Origin: a virus
Lineage: Duplodnaviria > Caudoviricetes
Virus record (IMG/VR): IMGVR_UViG_3300033153_010811
Coordinates: 1-57,593 of that record
DNA: 57,593 nucleotides
Strand: one strand, 5' to 3'
Shown here: positions 57,165-57,593 of the stretch, one piece after another
Layout of the letters: each line of letters starts with the position of its first letter
Numbering within the stretch: position 1 is the first letter of the stretch
Translations under genes and position numbers: made by a program
Notes under the pieces: generated by a model
Databases searched by the model: none
Told to the model about the DNA's origin: nothing
The model's input: the letters and a program-made list of their open reading frames with translations, nothing else

Positions 57165-57218
57165 AGATAACGATTAAGTCAGCCGCCGTTATCGATCGGC
57201 TGGACTGGCTGGTTATAT
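57165..57218 (-). repeat. attC-like site (54 bp)
   Basis: ATATAAC-CAGCCAGTCCAGCCGAT...CGGCTGACTTAATC-GTTATCT. Confidence 0.8.
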
Positions 57219-57593
57219 GTTAGCACGGACGGCCTAAACACCACAACGGCAGAGGGAAATGGAGCGCTATTTTTACTGCCGCCAAATTTTAATCGCCCTG
57301 GAACAAACCATATATCTCCCTTGCTTGCATATCTCTGCCACCACTTTGTGTCTGTCCGAGCAGGGACAAGACAAACTACAAGATGTCCTTGTAATGCTGT
57401 CTCATAAGCTTTTTTCATCCACTTGCCTATCTCTCGGCCATAGGGCGGATTTATCCAACATCGACTATCCCATTCTTTTTCAAATAATCTTAATTGACCA
57501 TCAATTATCAATTTGTCTGTTTCGCAAAAATAATCCGTATAAGCCCAACCACAAGCTTTAAAAACGTTTTCAATAATGGCTTGCGCCACAGGC
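57179..57593 (-). CDS. Phage N6-adenine methyltransferase domain (5' end beyond right edge)
   Basis: CWINPPYGREIGKW, LVPARTDTKWW, GRLKF, APFPS. Confidence 0.85.
   Translation of the reverse strand, partial: PVAQAIIENVFKACGWAYTDYFCETDKLIIDGQLRLFEKEWDSRCWINPPYGREIGKWMKKAYETALQGHLVVCLVPARTDTKWWQRYASKGDIWFVPGRLKFGGSKNSAPFPSAVVVFRPSVLTYNQPVQPIDNGG

Larger units (their letters stand above)
53587..57218 (-). mobile_element. Integron-like gene cassette array without integrase (12 attC-like sites)
   Basis: Small co-oriented ORFs, each followed by an imperfect palindrome bounded by ..AAC and GTT.., then the RBS of the next ORF. Confidence 0.85.
1..57593. mobile_element. Near-complete dsDNA tailed phage genome (siphovirus-like)
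   Basis: Ordered terminase, portal, head, tail, tape measure and lysis genes plus recombination/replication modules; no host housekeeping genes seen. Confidence 0.95.

Noticed and set aside
57277-57285. Self-target of array 3 unit 8 (TGCCGCCAA = revcomp of spacer B)
   Set aside because: Spacer A sequence is not adjacent and a 9-mer match is expected by chance; an exhaustive self-target search was not possible by eye

Overview
This looks like an almost complete ~57.6-kb tailed-phage (siphovirus-type) genome. It is probably circular or permuted and opened inside a DNA methyltransferase gene, whose N-terminus is at the left edge and probable C-terminus at the right edge. Layout: leftward recombination genes (ERF, YqaJ exonuclease, DUF1367, HNH-AP2); a Cro-like switch; a rightward methylase/replication/RuvC operon; a leftward block of small genes behind a sigma54-type promoter; terminase-portal-capsid genes with an embedded glycosyltransferase/methyltransferase cluster; tail and lysis genes; and a leftward accessory arm. 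No integrase, CI-like repressor or canonical tRNA was recognised. Two features stand out. (1) A TIGR-Tas-like RNA-guided locus at 11.5-13.7 kb: three arrays with 17 units of the form TGCGAGCCA-N9-TGAAACCCA-N9, interleaved with an unknown gene and a nuclease-less Nop/IS110-like protein carrying a Zn-finger insertion. (2) An integron-like cassette array at 53.6-57.2 kb: 12 attC-like sites, most with cassette-matched complementary core sites, and no integrase. All protein calls come from motif recognition by eye, not from database searches.
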